From Leptonemataceae bacterium (lineage in GTDB: Bacteria > Spirochaetota > Leptospiria > Leptospirales > Leptonemataceae), in assembly GCA_965227295.1 (NCBI GenBank), contig OZ245742.1, forward strand, positions 1,056,001-1,120,000: a stretch of DNA of 64,000 nucleotides, given 5' to 3'. Within the stretch, counting starts at the first letter, position 1; each line of letters starts with the position of its first letter. The notes under the pieces were generated by a model. It did not search any database and had not been told where the DNA came from. It was given only the letters and a program-made list of their open reading frames with translations. Below are positions 29,681 through 39,397 of the stretch, in pieces. A program made the translations under genes and the position numbers.

Positions 29681-31081
29681 GTGGCTGAAACCGAAGACAG
29701 CATTTCGGAGATTCCGGAATTTGATCCGCCGCCGGGCCCGGAAGAAACGGAGGATCGTTTCTTCGGACTGCAGGATCTGGATTCGTTCAAACAGAACTTT
29801 ATCGACGTGAACCGGGGCAAGCCTCTGTTCCTCATCCGCTTTCAGAATATCCAGGGCCTGGATCTGCTGGACTTCATCGAGCTGTTGCGGGATCAGATCC
29901 ACACGATTCTGGACCTGTCCGGCGTCGAATTCGGCTTTCATCACCTGGACACGGACCGCGCCCTGCTCATGGGCATCTCTCCACTGCGCCGCCCCAACAG
30001 CGAAGACAACGTCCCGAACATTGATAACGCCATCGGTCGTTTCCACGACTACTGCTCCCGCAAACAAATTTGCGGCTTCGACTTCGGCATCGGCCGAACC
30101 CAGTGCAACTTCGTCTCGAACGTCGACGAAATCTACGAGGTCCTGGCTCAGTCATCCAACAAGAACCTGCACGACAACCTCATCCGCTGGAGCTGGACCT
30201 ACTTCAACCGCGCGAACACCTACTTCTCCGGCGACGCCCACGAGGCCGTCATTCAGCCCACGGTCTACTTTGATCCGCGATCAAAAACATTCACCGTTCG
30301 GGGCGGCGAGGTCTTCGTCGGCGGCGGCCTTTACCAGGGCTACCACCAGTTGATCAGCGACATTCCGCCCGGAGAAGATTTAGAGCGAATCGAGTTGCTC
30401 ATCTTCGAAAAGCTGATCATCGCCTGCGAGAAGACGCCGGGCACTCTAAAATTCAACATCAGTCCGCAGACCCTCCTCGATACGTTTTCGAGCCATGAAC
30501 GCGTCGTGCGTTTGAATCGATTGCTGCACGCACGCGGCCTGAATCCCCAGAACGTGCGCTTCGAACTCGTGGAGAAACCGTACGAAGAAACGGAGAAGCT
30601 GCTGAAAGAAGTCTGCCAGGATTTCTACAACTACGGCATCACCTTTGCAGCGGACGATTTCGGCGTGAAGTCGCAGTCGCACCAGGTCATCCTGGACCTG
30701 GGGATCATGATCAAGGAATTCAAGCTGGATCCCATTTCCTTCAAGTTCAAGGCCGACGAGGATCGCACGAAGTTCCTGGACAACCTGGCCTTCATCGCCT
30801 ATTGCAAACGACTGGCGGACAACCGGGAGGCGGGCATCACCGCCGAAGCCGTCGAAGACTACGACACGCTCTGTTTCTTAATGGAGCACGCCATCCACCA
30901 GTACCAGGCAAACATGTTCTGCGGTAAAATGCCCGTGGTCCGCTACCGTGAGGAATTCGAAAACATGTCCGGTCTCCCCGAGGACGTGGCCCGGGAGATC
31001 TTCACGCACCCGGAATTGTGGGAACAGCAGCGCCAGCGACAGAACATCTTTCTATTCGCGAAAGAACGCGGGCTGTTTTAA
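29681..31081 (+). CDS. Atypical EAL-domain protein with possible degenerate GGDEF-like N-terminus
   Basis: IQP, EVF in place of EAL, KFNISP, FELVE, ADDFG, FKLD, AEAVE, YQ. Confidence 0.8.
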   Translation: MAETEDSISEIPEFDPPPGPEETEDRFFGLQDLDSFKQNFIDVNRGKPLFLIRFQNIQGLDLLDFIELLRDQIHTILDLSGVEFGFHHLDTDRALLMGISPLRRPNSEDNVPNIDNAIGRFHDYCSRKQICGFDFGIGRTQCNFVSNVDEIYEVLAQSSNKNLHDNLIRWSWTYFNRANTYFSGDAHEAVIQPTVYFDPRSKTFTVRGGEVFVGGGLYQGYHQLISDIPPGEDLERIELLIFEKLIIACEKTPGTLKFNISPQTLLDTFSSHERVVRLNRLLHARGLNPQNVRFELVEKPYEETEKLLKEVCQDFYNYGITFAADDFGVKSQSHQVILDLGIMIKEFKLDPISFKFKADEDRTKFLDNLAFIAYCKRLADNREAGITAEAVEDYDTLCFLMEHAIHQYQANMFCGKMPVVRYREEFENMSGLPEDVAREIFTHPELWEQQRQRQNIFLFAKERGLF

Positions 31082-31098
31082 GAACAAATCCTCCGGGC

Positions 31099-32067
31099 TT
31101 AGTCCGGCGTCAGGCGCCGCGGAGAATAGACGCCGGGACGTAAGACCTCGTGATCGTAGCGCTGGACGTCCTCCGGTTTTTCCACGATGTTCTCCGGCGG
31201 CGGCTCATCCAGCTCCGCGAAGTCCAGTTCGTCCCAGAAACGATCAAAGGCGCTGGCCTTGCCGATCCCCAGGCGATAGTAACTATCCGCGTGATTCAAC
31301 AGGAGGGCGTCCCGGTCCTCGGTAATACCGGCGTTAAAAAGCAGGCGCTCCACTTCCTCGTACTTCACGACGGCCGGATTGGCCGGCTGGGTGAACGAGT
31401 TTATGCGGATGTGCACCAGGATGCGATAACGCGTGGCGTGGCGACCGCGCTCGAAGGCGTCGGCCAGTTTCACCAGGCGGTTCACGTAGTTCGTCGGCGG
31501 ATTCACGTTCTGCTCCGCAACCACCAGGCGACGGCAGAGCTCGACTTCCCGCAGTCCCTTCTTTAACCACTGCTTCACGTGAGGCGGCTGCTTTTCGTTC
31601 AACACTCGCCCGGCGAGCAGAATCAACTCCGCGTTTTCCTGGAGGCGTTTCCGCTCCACCACCCGCTCGTAGAGTTGAATCAAGAGCAACTGACTCTTTT
31701 GCAGATTGCGATAGGCCTGATGGTAGCGCACACCGTAGAACTCGGCCTCCGCCCGAATGTGCCACAGGATGGAGCGGCGATAGATCGCCAGGTCCCTGGA
31801 ATCACCGAAGTTGCTGACGGCGGTATTGATCTTATCCAGATACTTGAGGTTCAGCTCCAGGCCGATCCGACTCCGGTCCTCAGCTCCGGCGATTACCGGC
31901 ACCGCCGGCTCTTCGATTCTCCGCAACGACAGCACTTCCTCGGCCCCGACAGGCATGAGTCCCGCCGAAACAGCCCCAAGCAGCGCCAGGATTCCCATTC
32001 GAAACATTCCCACACGGCCCTCCCGCATATGGAATGAGAATCGGCCCGGTCGCGAGAAATACGACAT
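31099..32067 (-). CDS. Exported helical hypothetical protein (possibly a leptospiral OmpL37-like surface protein)
   Basis: Signal-peptide-like MGILALLGAVSAGLMPVGA; family guess is from memory only; start uncertain. Confidence 0.6.
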   Translation of the reverse strand: MSYFSRPGRFSFHMREGRVGMFRMGILALLGAVSAGLMPVGAEEVLSLRRIEEPAVPVIAGAEDRSRIGLELNLKYLDKINTAVSNFGDSRDLAIYRRSILWHIRAEAEFYGVRYHQAYRNLQKSQLLLIQLYERVVERKRLQENAELILLAGRVLNEKQPPHVKQWLKKGLREVELCRRLVVAEQNVNPPTNYVNRLVKLADAFERGRHATRYRILVHIRINSFTQPANPAVVKYEEVERLLFNAGITEDRDALLLNHADSYYRLGIGKASAFDRFWDELDFAELDEPPPENIVEKPEDVQRYDHEVLRPGVYSPRRLTPD

Positions 32068-32291
32068 AATCCGCCTAAAATTCGGGCAGGTTGCCCGAAC
32101 GGAATCAACGCACTGGACGCCCCGGAGGACGGGCGAGCATCATCTCAAAAATTAGGCCGTGGGAGGGGGAATTAATCAATTTTTGACACCATTCACACGA
32201 ATTCTGAAAAAGGCAGGCTCGGAATCGCAATAAAGCTTGACAATCAGCGTGAAATGCTTTGACCTATATATAGAGCTATCATGGACTAAGT

Positions 32292-32894
32292 ATGCCAGCA
32301 GTAAAGTCAGGAAAGAAAACGGCCAAAAAAAAATCTCAGACCAAGAAGAAATCGAAGGCATCTTCCGGATCGTCCTCAAAGACTACCCGGAAGACCACGA
32401 AGAAGAAAGATAAATCCGGGTACTCCGTAGGAGAGTACGTGGTCTATCCCATGCACGGGGTTGGGAGAATCAACGCCGTCCAGAAGCAAAACATTCTGGG
32501 AAAACGCAAGGAATGTTACGTCCTGGAAATTGCGAGTAACAAAATGAAGGTGATGGTACCGGTCGAGAACGCCGAACAGATCGGCATTCGCGCCATCATC
32601 CAGAAAAGGGACGTAAAGAAAGTTCTGGAGCTGCTGAAAAAGGACGAAGTCGATACAGAAGAAGACTGGAAGATTCGCTATCAAAACAACATGAACAAGA
32701 TCAAGTCGGGGGATATTTACTCCGTGGCCGAGGTGTGCAGGAACCTGTACAAACGCGCCAAGGATAAGGAACTCTCGTTGATGGAGCGCAGGCTCTACGA
32801 ATCCGCCTATAATCTCATCTCCAACGAAATCGCACTGACGAAGGACGTGAGCGTCGAAGAAGCGGGCAACCTGATCTCGGAAGTTCTGGCGTAG
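32292..32894 (+). CDS. carD: CarD/CdnL RNA polymerase-binding regulator with Lys/Ser-rich N-terminal extension
   Basis: [21 protein letters not shown] wedge residue (DWKIRY), [10 protein letters not shown]; followed by a PIN/TRAM gene. Confidence 0.93.
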   Translation: MPAVKSGKKTAKKKSQTKKKSKASSGSSSKTTRKTTKKKDKSGYSVGEYVVYPMHGVGRINAVQKQNILGKRKECYVLEIASNKMKVMVPVENAEQIGIRAIIQKRDVKKVLELLKKDEVDTEEDWKIRYQNNMNKIKSGDIYSVAEVCRNLYKRAKDKELSLMERRLYESAYNLISNEIALTKDVSVEEAGNLISEVLA

Positions 32895-33017
32895 CTTCAC
32901 CGTCTTTTCCATATCGCCTCCGCCTGGCCGGTCCGTCCTGGACGACCGGCACTCCCTCCGGCAGACTGCCGCCGGCATCACGGTCTTTAGCTCAATATAC
33001 ATACATGGATTTGAGCT

Positions 33018-34205
33018 ATGAACACAATAAGCCGAATTCCAGTCCCGCTGGTGACCGGGCTGCTCGTATTTTACGCAGCCGTCGCCGGCCAGACTCAACC
33101 TGATTACGGGCTCGCTGCCGCTGTAGGCGGCATTGCCCTCGCGCTCTCCGGCGTCATCGTCTTCCTCGATCGGATTATCCGGTTGAACATGGAAGCCTTT
33201 GTATACGCAACCATGGGCGCCTTTGCCGGCCTGATCGCCGGCTTTTTCGTACAGCAACTTGTTCGCTCCTACGTTCCGCTCGCCGGGACGCCGGGCGTAG
33301 CACAAATGAGTTTCTTGATCCCCGTCGTCTTTTTCGGTTACGCCGGGTATCTCTTCGCGCGGGCCGGCCTCCGATTCACCGGCGGCTCGCAGGGAATAAG
33401 CGACGACGACTCCTCCGACAACAAAGCCAAGCTTCTGGATACCTCGGTCATCATTGACGGGCGCATCCTCGACATTGCCGAAACGAAGTTCGTCAGCGGA
33501 CCGTTCGTAATCCCGAACTTCGTCCTGCGTGAAATTCAGCTCATCAGCGACTCTCCCGATCCCATCAAACGCAATCGCGGGCGGCGGGGCCTGGAAATGC
33601 TGAACAAGCTCCAGCAACGCACGGACATTAAGGTCAAGATCAGTTACCTCGATTATACCGAAACCCGCGAAGTGGACGCCAAGCTGGTAAAAGCGGCGCG
33701 GGAAATGAACGCGCAACTGGTCACGAACGACTTTAACCTCAACAAGGTGGCTGAACTCCAGGGCGTCGAGGTGCTGAATCTCAACAATCTCACGAACGCT
33801 CTGAAGCCGGTGGTGCTGCCCGGTGAGGACATCCTCATCGACATCATCAAAGAGGGCAAAGACGAGAATCAGGGCATTGGATACCTTGAGGACGGCACCA
33901 TGGTCGTCGTCGAAAACGGCGGCAACATGCTGAGCAAAACCGTGAAGGTCAACGTCACGTCCATCATCCAGACAGCCGCAGGCAAGATGATCTTCACCCG
34001 GGCTCAGGGTGTCGTCGAAGACAACGACGACGACAACCAGAGCGGCGGCGGTCAGAACGAAGGCGGCCGACGACGGCGGCGGCGCGGTGGCGGCAATCGC
34101 GGCGACGACAACGGTCGCGGTGACAACCGCGGCGGCGGCAACGACTCAAGCGACGGAGATCGCGAAGCCGTGAGCGGTGGAGGCGGCGGACGACGGCGAC
34201 GCTGA
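33018..34205 (+). CDS. Membrane PIN/TRAM domain protein (YacL-like)
   Basis: 4 TM, LLDTSVIIDGRI, RGRRGL, VTNDFNLNKVA, GYLEDGTMVVVE, QTAAGKMIF. Confidence 0.93.
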   Translation: MNTISRIPVPLVTGLLVFYAAVAGQTQPDYGLAAAVGGIALALSGVIVFLDRIIRLNMEAFVYATMGAFAGLIAGFFVQQLVRSYVPLAGTPGVAQMSFLIPVVFFGYAGYLFARAGLRFTGGSQGISDDDSSDNKAKLLDTSVIIDGRILDIAETKFVSGPFVIPNFVLREIQLISDSPDPIKRNRGRRGLEMLNKLQQRTDIKVKISYLDYTETREVDAKLVKAAREMNAQLVTNDFNLNKVAELQGVEVLNLNNLTNALKPVVLPGEDILIDIIKEGKDENQGIGYLEDGTMVVVENGGNMLSKTVKVNVTSIIQTAAGKMIFTRAQGVVEDNDDDNQSGGGQNEGGRRRRRRGGGNRGDDNGRGDNRGGGNDSSDGDREAVSGGGGGRRRR

Positions 34206-34241
34206 TCGTATCGACGTTTTCTCCCCGGCAATTCCGCCCGG

Positions 34242-34279
34242 AAAGCGCGGAGGTCTGCAACAGCGGCCTCCGCGTTTTT
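34242..34279 (+). terminator. Intrinsic terminator, possibly bidirectional
   Basis: aaag-cgcggaggtc...ggcctccgcg-ttttt between the convergent PIN/TRAM and thiD genes. Confidence 0.7.
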
Positions 34280-34310
34280 CGTATAATCATGGCCAGGCGC
34301 CGCCGCTCTC

Positions 34311-35141
34311 TCAGCGCGCGCGCCAGAGATGATTTACCGGCCCCTTGCCGGCACCCAGGTTCGGGGCATTCCGAATGGCGCCGTGCAGAAATTCCTTCGC
34401 ATCGGACACGGCCTCTTTTGGAGAGCGTCCCAGCGCGAAACCCGCGGCGACGGCAGCGCTCAGCGTGCAACCGGTACCATGCGTGTTCCGGCTGTCTATG
34501 ACGGGCAACGCGAACTCGGTGACCACGTCTCGGTCCAACTCAACGAACACATCCACGGCTTCTTCGGCCCGCTCGTCCGCCTCCACCCGCCGATGCCCTC
34601 CTTTCAACAGAACCGCCGCAGCGTACTGATCCCGCAGTTCCACGACTGCCGTCCGCATTTCCGAGAGCGTGCCAATGCTCCGGCCGAGCAGGACCTCGGC
34701 CTCGGGTAGATTCGGCGTGATGAGCGTGGCACAGTCTTTCAGAAAAATCGCGAGTTCTTCTTCGGCCTCGCGTTGCAACAACCGCGCACCGGTGGCCGCC
34801 ACCATCACGGGATCGGCGACCAGGGGAATGTCGCCGGCATGCTCCTGCCAGGTCGCTCGCACGGCGCGGATGATCTCCGGAGAAAAGAGCATGCCGGTTT
34901 TGGCGGCGCCCACGGGAAAGTCGCCGAGCACGTCCCGAATTTGTCCGGCGACGATGTCGGGCTCAATGCCCTGAACCGCACTAACGCCCGTGGTGTTCTG
35001 ACAGGTGATGGCAGTAACGGCGCTCGTACCAAATGTGGCGAAGGCCTGAAATGTTTTCAGATCGGCCTGAATGCCGGCGCCGCCGCCGGAGTCGCTGCCG
35101 GCTATTGTCAGCACGACGGATAACGGAATCGATGCACTCAT
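34311..35141 (-). CDS. thiD: Hydroxymethylpyrimidine/phosphomethylpyrimidine kinase
   Basis: LTIAGSDSGGGAGIQADLKT, KTGML, DPVM, ITPNLPEA, KGGH, THGTGCTLS. Confidence 0.96.
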   Translation of the reverse strand: MSASIPLSVVLTIAGSDSGGGAGIQADLKTFQAFATFGTSAVTAITCQNTTGVSAVQGIEPDIVAGQIRDVLGDFPVGAAKTGMLFSPEIIRAVRATWQEHAGDIPLVADPVMVAATGARLLQREAEEELAIFLKDCATLITPNLPEAEVLLGRSIGTLSEMRTAVVELRDQYAAAVLLKGGHRRVEADERAEEAVDVFVELDRDVVTEFALPVIDSRNTHGTGCTLSAAVAAGFALGRSPKEAVSDAKEFLHGAIRNAPNLGAGKGPVNHLWRAR

Positions 35142-35225
35142 GCGCAGTATCCTGTGCGAATGCGCTCTCCGGGTCAACTGCACGTTTTGAGTGGACAGCG
35201 CGAAGTTGCACGATGATTGATCCGT

Positions 35226-36536
35226 ATGCAATCGAGCGATCGTGCGGTGTTTCGAGTCCAGGGCGGGAACCCGATCAGCGGTAGGATCCGCCCCCAGGGT
35301 AACAAGAACGAAGCACTGCCCCTTCTGGCCGCCTGCGTTCTAACGAACGAAGAGGTCATCCTGAACAACGTCCCCGCCATCGAGGACGTGCTGTTGATGC
35401 AGCAAATCCTGCGTTCCCTGGGCATCACAGTTGAAGAGGTTACTCCCGGGGATCCTTCCCGGGTTCGGGTGCACGCCGAAAACGATCCCGCCGGCGAACT
35501 TCCGGCCGACCTGGCGACACGACTGCGCGGCTCGGTGACGCTGGCCGGCCCGTTGCTGGCCCGGAACGGTCGAGTCTTTCTGCCGCGGCCTGGCGGGGAC
35601 CGCATCGGCCGACGGCGCCTGGACACGCACATCCTGGCCCTCCAGGCCCTGGGCGCGAACGTAAAGATCTTTCCCGACGGTTACGAGCTCTCCTGCGAAC
35701 AACTTCGGGGCGCGGACATCCTGCTCGACGAAGCCTCCGTGACGGGCACCGAAAACGCGGTCTGCGCCGCGGTGGTGGCCGAGGGCGAAACAATACTACG
35801 AAACGCGGCCAGCGAACCCCACGTCCAGGGGCTCTGCCGCATGCTGAACGCCATGGGCGCGAAGATCGACGGCGTGGGTTCGAACATCCTGCGCATCACC
35901 GGCGTGGAAAAACTCAAAGGCGTTCCGTTCCGGATCGGTCCGGATTATCTCGAAGTGGGCAGCTTCATCTCGCTCGCCGCGGTGACCGGCGGAGACCTCG
36001 TCATTGAAGACGCGGACTTAGAAAACATGCGCATGATCCGACTCATTTTTTCGCGGCTCGGCATCGAAACCAGGCCGGACAGCCAGAGCGGTTCCCTCCA
36101 CGTTCCTTCGGACCAATCCCTTGAGATTGTGCCGGACCTGGGCGGCGCCGTCCCGCGCATCGACGACGCGCCATGGCCCGGCTTCCCCGCGGATATGACA
36201 TCCGTGGCGCTGGTAACGGCAACGCAGTGCAAAGGCACGGTATTGATTCATGAAAAGATGTTTGAGTCCCGCCTCTTTTTTACAGACCGCCTCATCTCAA
36301 TGGGGGCACGCATCGTTTTGTGTGATCCTCACCGCGCGGTCATCATGGGACCAGCCTCGCTGATGGGAGCCGAGGTGTCTTCGCCGGACATCCGCGCGGG
36401 CATGGCCATGCTGATCGCGGCGTTGTGCGCTCAAGGCGAGTCGACGATTCAGAATATTGTTCAAATCGACCGCGGCTTTACGAACATCGATGAACGCCTG
36501 CGCTCTCTGGGTGCCGACATAATCCGTGAAGGCTGA
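35226..36536 (+). CDS. murA: UDP-N-acetylglucosamine 1-carboxyvinyltransferase (Asp variant)
   Basis: [54 protein letters not shown]. Confidence 0.96.
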   Translation: MQSSDRAVFRVQGGNPISGRIRPQGNKNEALPLLAACVLTNEEVILNNVPAIEDVLLMQQILRSLGITVEEVTPGDPSRVRVHAENDPAGELPADLATRLRGSVTLAGPLLARNGRVFLPRPGGDRIGRRRLDTHILALQALGANVKIFPDGYELSCEQLRGADILLDEASVTGTENAVCAAVVAEGETILRNAASEPHVQGLCRMLNAMGAKIDGVGSNILRITGVEKLKGVPFRIGPDYLEVGSFISLAAVTGGDLVIEDADLENMRMIRLIFSRLGIETRPDSQSGSLHVPSDQSLEIVPDLGGAVPRIDDAPWPGFPADMTSVALVTATQCKGTVLIHEKMFESRLFFTDRLISMGARIVLCDPHRAVIMGPASLMGAEVSSPDIRAGMAMLIAALCAQGESTIQNIVQIDRGFTNIDERLRSLGADIIREG

Positions 36537-36606
36537 GAAAGCGATACCGCCACAACGGTACTCGGTTTCTGGTTGCGTACAGTTTTCCGTTCGTTAGATT
36601 TCGCGC

Positions 36607-38880
36607 ATGTTCTTGCGGATGTCTTTCGGCTTAAAACTGGGCCTTGCGATCTTTCTCCTCGCCGTGGGTTCCACCTCCCTCAGCGTCCTGTACTTTTACC
36701 AGAGCACCAGCGAACTCGTGCTCCGCCAGATGCGTGCACGCATGCACGATCTGGCGAACGCCGGTAGCCTCATGTTCTCGGCGGAAGATCGCGCTGCCAT
36801 TCGTCGGCTCACAGAAAACATGCGCAAAGATTCACTGCCCGTCACCGAAGCCGTGCGCGACGATCTCTACGATCCCGAAAGCGAAAACGAGGGCTACTGG
36901 GAATCCCTGCCGGAAGAGGCCGCGAATCGTTATCACGCCTCCAGAGATTTCAATCGCGTCGCCCAGGTGCTTCGTCGCATCAAGGCCAGCGGCGGAGAAC
37001 GCGCGCTCCCGATCATGCCGCTCTACCAGACCGCCGACGATCCGAGCACGAAGTCGCGCATTAAGTACGCCTACATCATGGTTCCCGTGGAGGGCTTTCC
37101 GAACTTCGACGTGCTGAAGTTTCTTGTCGATGCCGACTGGGACGCCGTGGACATGAACGCCAACGGGGAAATCGACGAGGATGAAGAGGCCAGCCCGGCC
37201 GGCCTGGTCTGGTACGCGGACGAACCGGTATTTTACCACGCCTTCGCCGGTGAGATCTTCGCCGCCGAAGAATGGTATACCGACAAATGGGGGACCTGGC
37301 TAACTTCTGCCGCGCCAATCTTAGACAAAGACGGCAACATTCTCGCCGTGGTGGCTCTGGACCTGGACGTAAAGAGCGAAGCGAACCGGCTGGCGGAACT
37401 GCGCCAGGCAGTCATCGGCATCATCTCGGTGAGTGTGGCGTTGTCGCTGCTGGTATCCTTCGGTCTCGCGCGCTTCCTGCACCGACCCATCGAACTCCTG
37501 CGCCAGGGCGCGGACCGCGTGCGTGAACGCGACTTCGATACGTTCATTACCCTGCGTCGCCGCGATGAACTTGGTCTGCTCGCGGATACGTTCAACGATA
37601 TGGTCAGTGAGATTCGTGAATACGCCCGGCACCTCGAAGACAAGGTCGCCGAACGCACGGCGCGTCTGCAAGAAAGCCTCGGGCGCGTGCAGGAACTCAA
37701 AGCTCAACAGGACGGCGATTATTTTCTCACGAACCTGCTCGCGAATCCGTTATTCAAGAACTGGAACACCGGCGATGCGGTGCGGACGGATTTTATCCTG
37801 CGACAGAAGAAGAAGTTTCAGTTCCGCGGTCGCCCTGGTGAACTCGGCGGCGACCTCTGCATTACCGGCAATCTCATCCTACAAAATCGCCCGTGCACGA
37901 TGTTCCTCAACGCCGATGCCATGGGCAAATCCATGCAGGGCGCCGGTGGCGCGCTGGTGATGGGTACCGTCGTGAACGCGATCATGCATCGTTCCGAAGG
38001 CGGGCGCGACATCAGTCCGGAAGGCTGGTTGCGTGAAACATTCCGCGAACTGCACGGCGTCTTCTATTCTTTCGACGGCACCATGGCGATTTCCGCGGTG
38101 CTCGGCATCGTGGACGATGCGACAGGTATGCTGCATTACTTCAATGCCGAGCATCCGTTCCCCGTGCTGATCCGGGACGGCAAGGCGGAGTTCATCGAAG
38201 AAGAAGCGAAGGTTTTTAAGATCGGCATCATGCAACAAAGCGCGGGAGACGTACACATCGAACACCTGCAACTGCGTCCCGGCGACGTGCTCATCTGCGG
38301 TTCCGACGGACGAGACGATCTGCGCGTGATTGATCCGGAAACCGGTGAGTCGGTTGTTCTGCACGACGGCAATCCCTTTCAGGAAATCTGCGAAAAGAGC
38401 GGCGGCGATCTTCAGCGAATGGTCGAACTCATTCAAGAACGTGGTGAACTCACCGACGATCTTTCGCTGATTCGCGTGGAGTTCACCGGCGCCGCCGTGG
38501 ATGCGCCGCGTCGCGAACCTTCCGAAGAAGACTCGCGTTCACTGATCAAAGCAGTTATCGCCCTCGTCCAGAGCAAAGATTACGAACGGGCCCTCGAAAC
38601 GGTTGAGTCGGTCTCCACGGAGTACCAGGGGATGTTGTATCATTATTATCGCGGACTGTGCCTGCACAAACTCGGCCGCAGCCGGGACGCCCTGGCTTCC
38701 CTGGAGCAAGCCCATGCCATCAATAAATCCCAGACCGCCGTGCCGGAACTCATCGCCGGCATTCATTATCGCAACGGCAATTTCGCCGAGGCCGAACGGT
38801 TCTGGAAAGAAACGCTGAAACTCGAGCCGAACCACAGCCGCGCGCGGCAGGCCCTGGAAAAACTCAAGGCCGAGAAGTGA
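36607..38880 (+). CDS. Membrane sensor: periplasmic Cache-like domain, HAMP, SpoIIE/PP2C, TPR
   Basis: 2 TM flanking YTDKWGTWLTSAAPI; HAMP (DELGLLADTFNDM); GGDL, ADAMGKS, NAEHP, SDGRDD, TDDLS; C-terminal TPR-like helices. Confidence 0.88.
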   Translation: MFLRMSFGLKLGLAIFLLAVGSTSLSVLYFYQSTSELVLRQMRARMHDLANAGSLMFSAEDRAAIRRLTENMRKDSLPVTEAVRDDLYDPESENEGYWESLPEEAANRYHASRDFNRVAQVLRRIKASGGERALPIMPLYQTADDPSTKSRIKYAYIMVPVEGFPNFDVLKFLVDADWDAVDMNANGEIDEDEEASPAGLVWYADEPVFYHAFAGEIFAAEEWYTDKWGTWLTSAAPILDKDGNILAVVALDLDVKSEANRLAELRQAVIGIISVSVALSLLVSFGLARFLHRPIELLRQGADRVRERDFDTFITLRRRDELGLLADTFNDMVSEIREYARHLEDKVAERTARLQESLGRVQELKAQQDGDYFLTNLLANPLFKNWNTGDAVRTDFILRQKKKFQFRGRPGELGGDLCITGNLILQNRPCTMFLNADAMGKSMQGAGGALVMGTVVNAIMHRSEGGRDISPEGWLRETFRELHGVFYSFDGTMAISAVLGIVDDATGMLHYFNAEHPFPVLIRDGKAEFIEEEAKVFKIGIMQQSAGDVHIEHLQLRPGDVLICGSDGRDDLRVIDPETGESVVLHDGNPFQEICEKSGGDLQRMVELIQERGELTDDLSLIRVEFTGAAVDAPRREPSEEDSRSLIKAVIALVQSKDYERALETVESVSTEYQGMLYHYYRGLCLHKLGRSRDALASLEQAHAINKSQTAVPELIAGIHYRNGNFAEAERFWKETLKLEPNHSRARQALEKLKAEK

Positions 38881-38941
38881 GTGGACAGCCCGTCCGCTGC
38901 GTACGATACCATCCCTGCACCGTATGCACGGTGGATCGCCC

Positions 38942-39014
38942 GGGACCGTAGCTCAGCGGTTAGAGCAGGTGACTCATAATCACTTGGTCGTAGGTTCAAA
39001 TCCTACCGGTCCCA
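38942..39014 (+). tRNA. tRNA-Ile2 (anticodon CAT, lysidine-modified); CCA not encoded
   Basis: Cloverleaf with acceptor GGGACCG/CGGTCCC, anticodon arm GGTGA-CTCATAA-TCACT, T loop GTTCAAATC; D and anticodon arms resemble E. coli ileX more than Met tRNAs. Confidence 0.88.
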
Positions 39015-39016
39015 AA

Positions 39017-39116
39017 CGCGCGAGCTTTTCCCCGGGAAGACACGCGGGGACGACTCGTAGCTCTAATAGTTTGTCGGGAGAACCTTAGCGTATCTTCCCG
39101 GGGCAATGCTCGTGCG
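39017..39116. repeat. 100-bp long inverted repeat (structured RNA or MITE-like element)
   Basis: cgcgcgagc/gctcgtgcg and ccccgggaagacacgc/gcgtatcttcccgggg (15 of 16 paired), inner cgac/gtcg. Confidence 0.75.
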
Positions 39117-39155
39117 GGAATGTGGTTACGTTCGCGTGGCTGTGTCGAGAATCGT

Positions 39156-39386
39156 ATGCGTTACTCTGCAGACAGTGAGGAGCTGATTTGCGTTTGCTGC
39201 GATGTGAGCGCACGGACGATTCATGAGGCCGTGCGCGGCGGGGCGCGAGGTTATGCGCGCGTGCGGAATGCCACCGGGGCCGGGGGCGGTTGCGGAACCT
39301 GCGCCGATGAAGTCGAACACGTCGTCGACCTGGCCATGGAACGCGATCGCCAGGAACGCAAAGGGCAACTGATGTTGCCTCTGTGA
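39156..39386 (+). CDS. BFD-like [2Fe-2S]-binding protein
   Basis: LICVCCDV...TGAGGGCGTC. Confidence 0.85.
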   Translation: MRYSADSEELICVCCDVSARTIHEAVRGGARGYARVRNATGAGGGCGTCADEVEHVVDLAMERDRQERKGQLMLPL

Positions 39387-39397
39387 CGACGCGGTTC

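Noticed and set aside
32095..32150. Fluoride or c-di-GMP-I riboswitch upstream of the 31099-32067 gene
   Set aside because: Only partial resemblance (gagatgatgctcgcc); the conserved downstream consensus elements are missing
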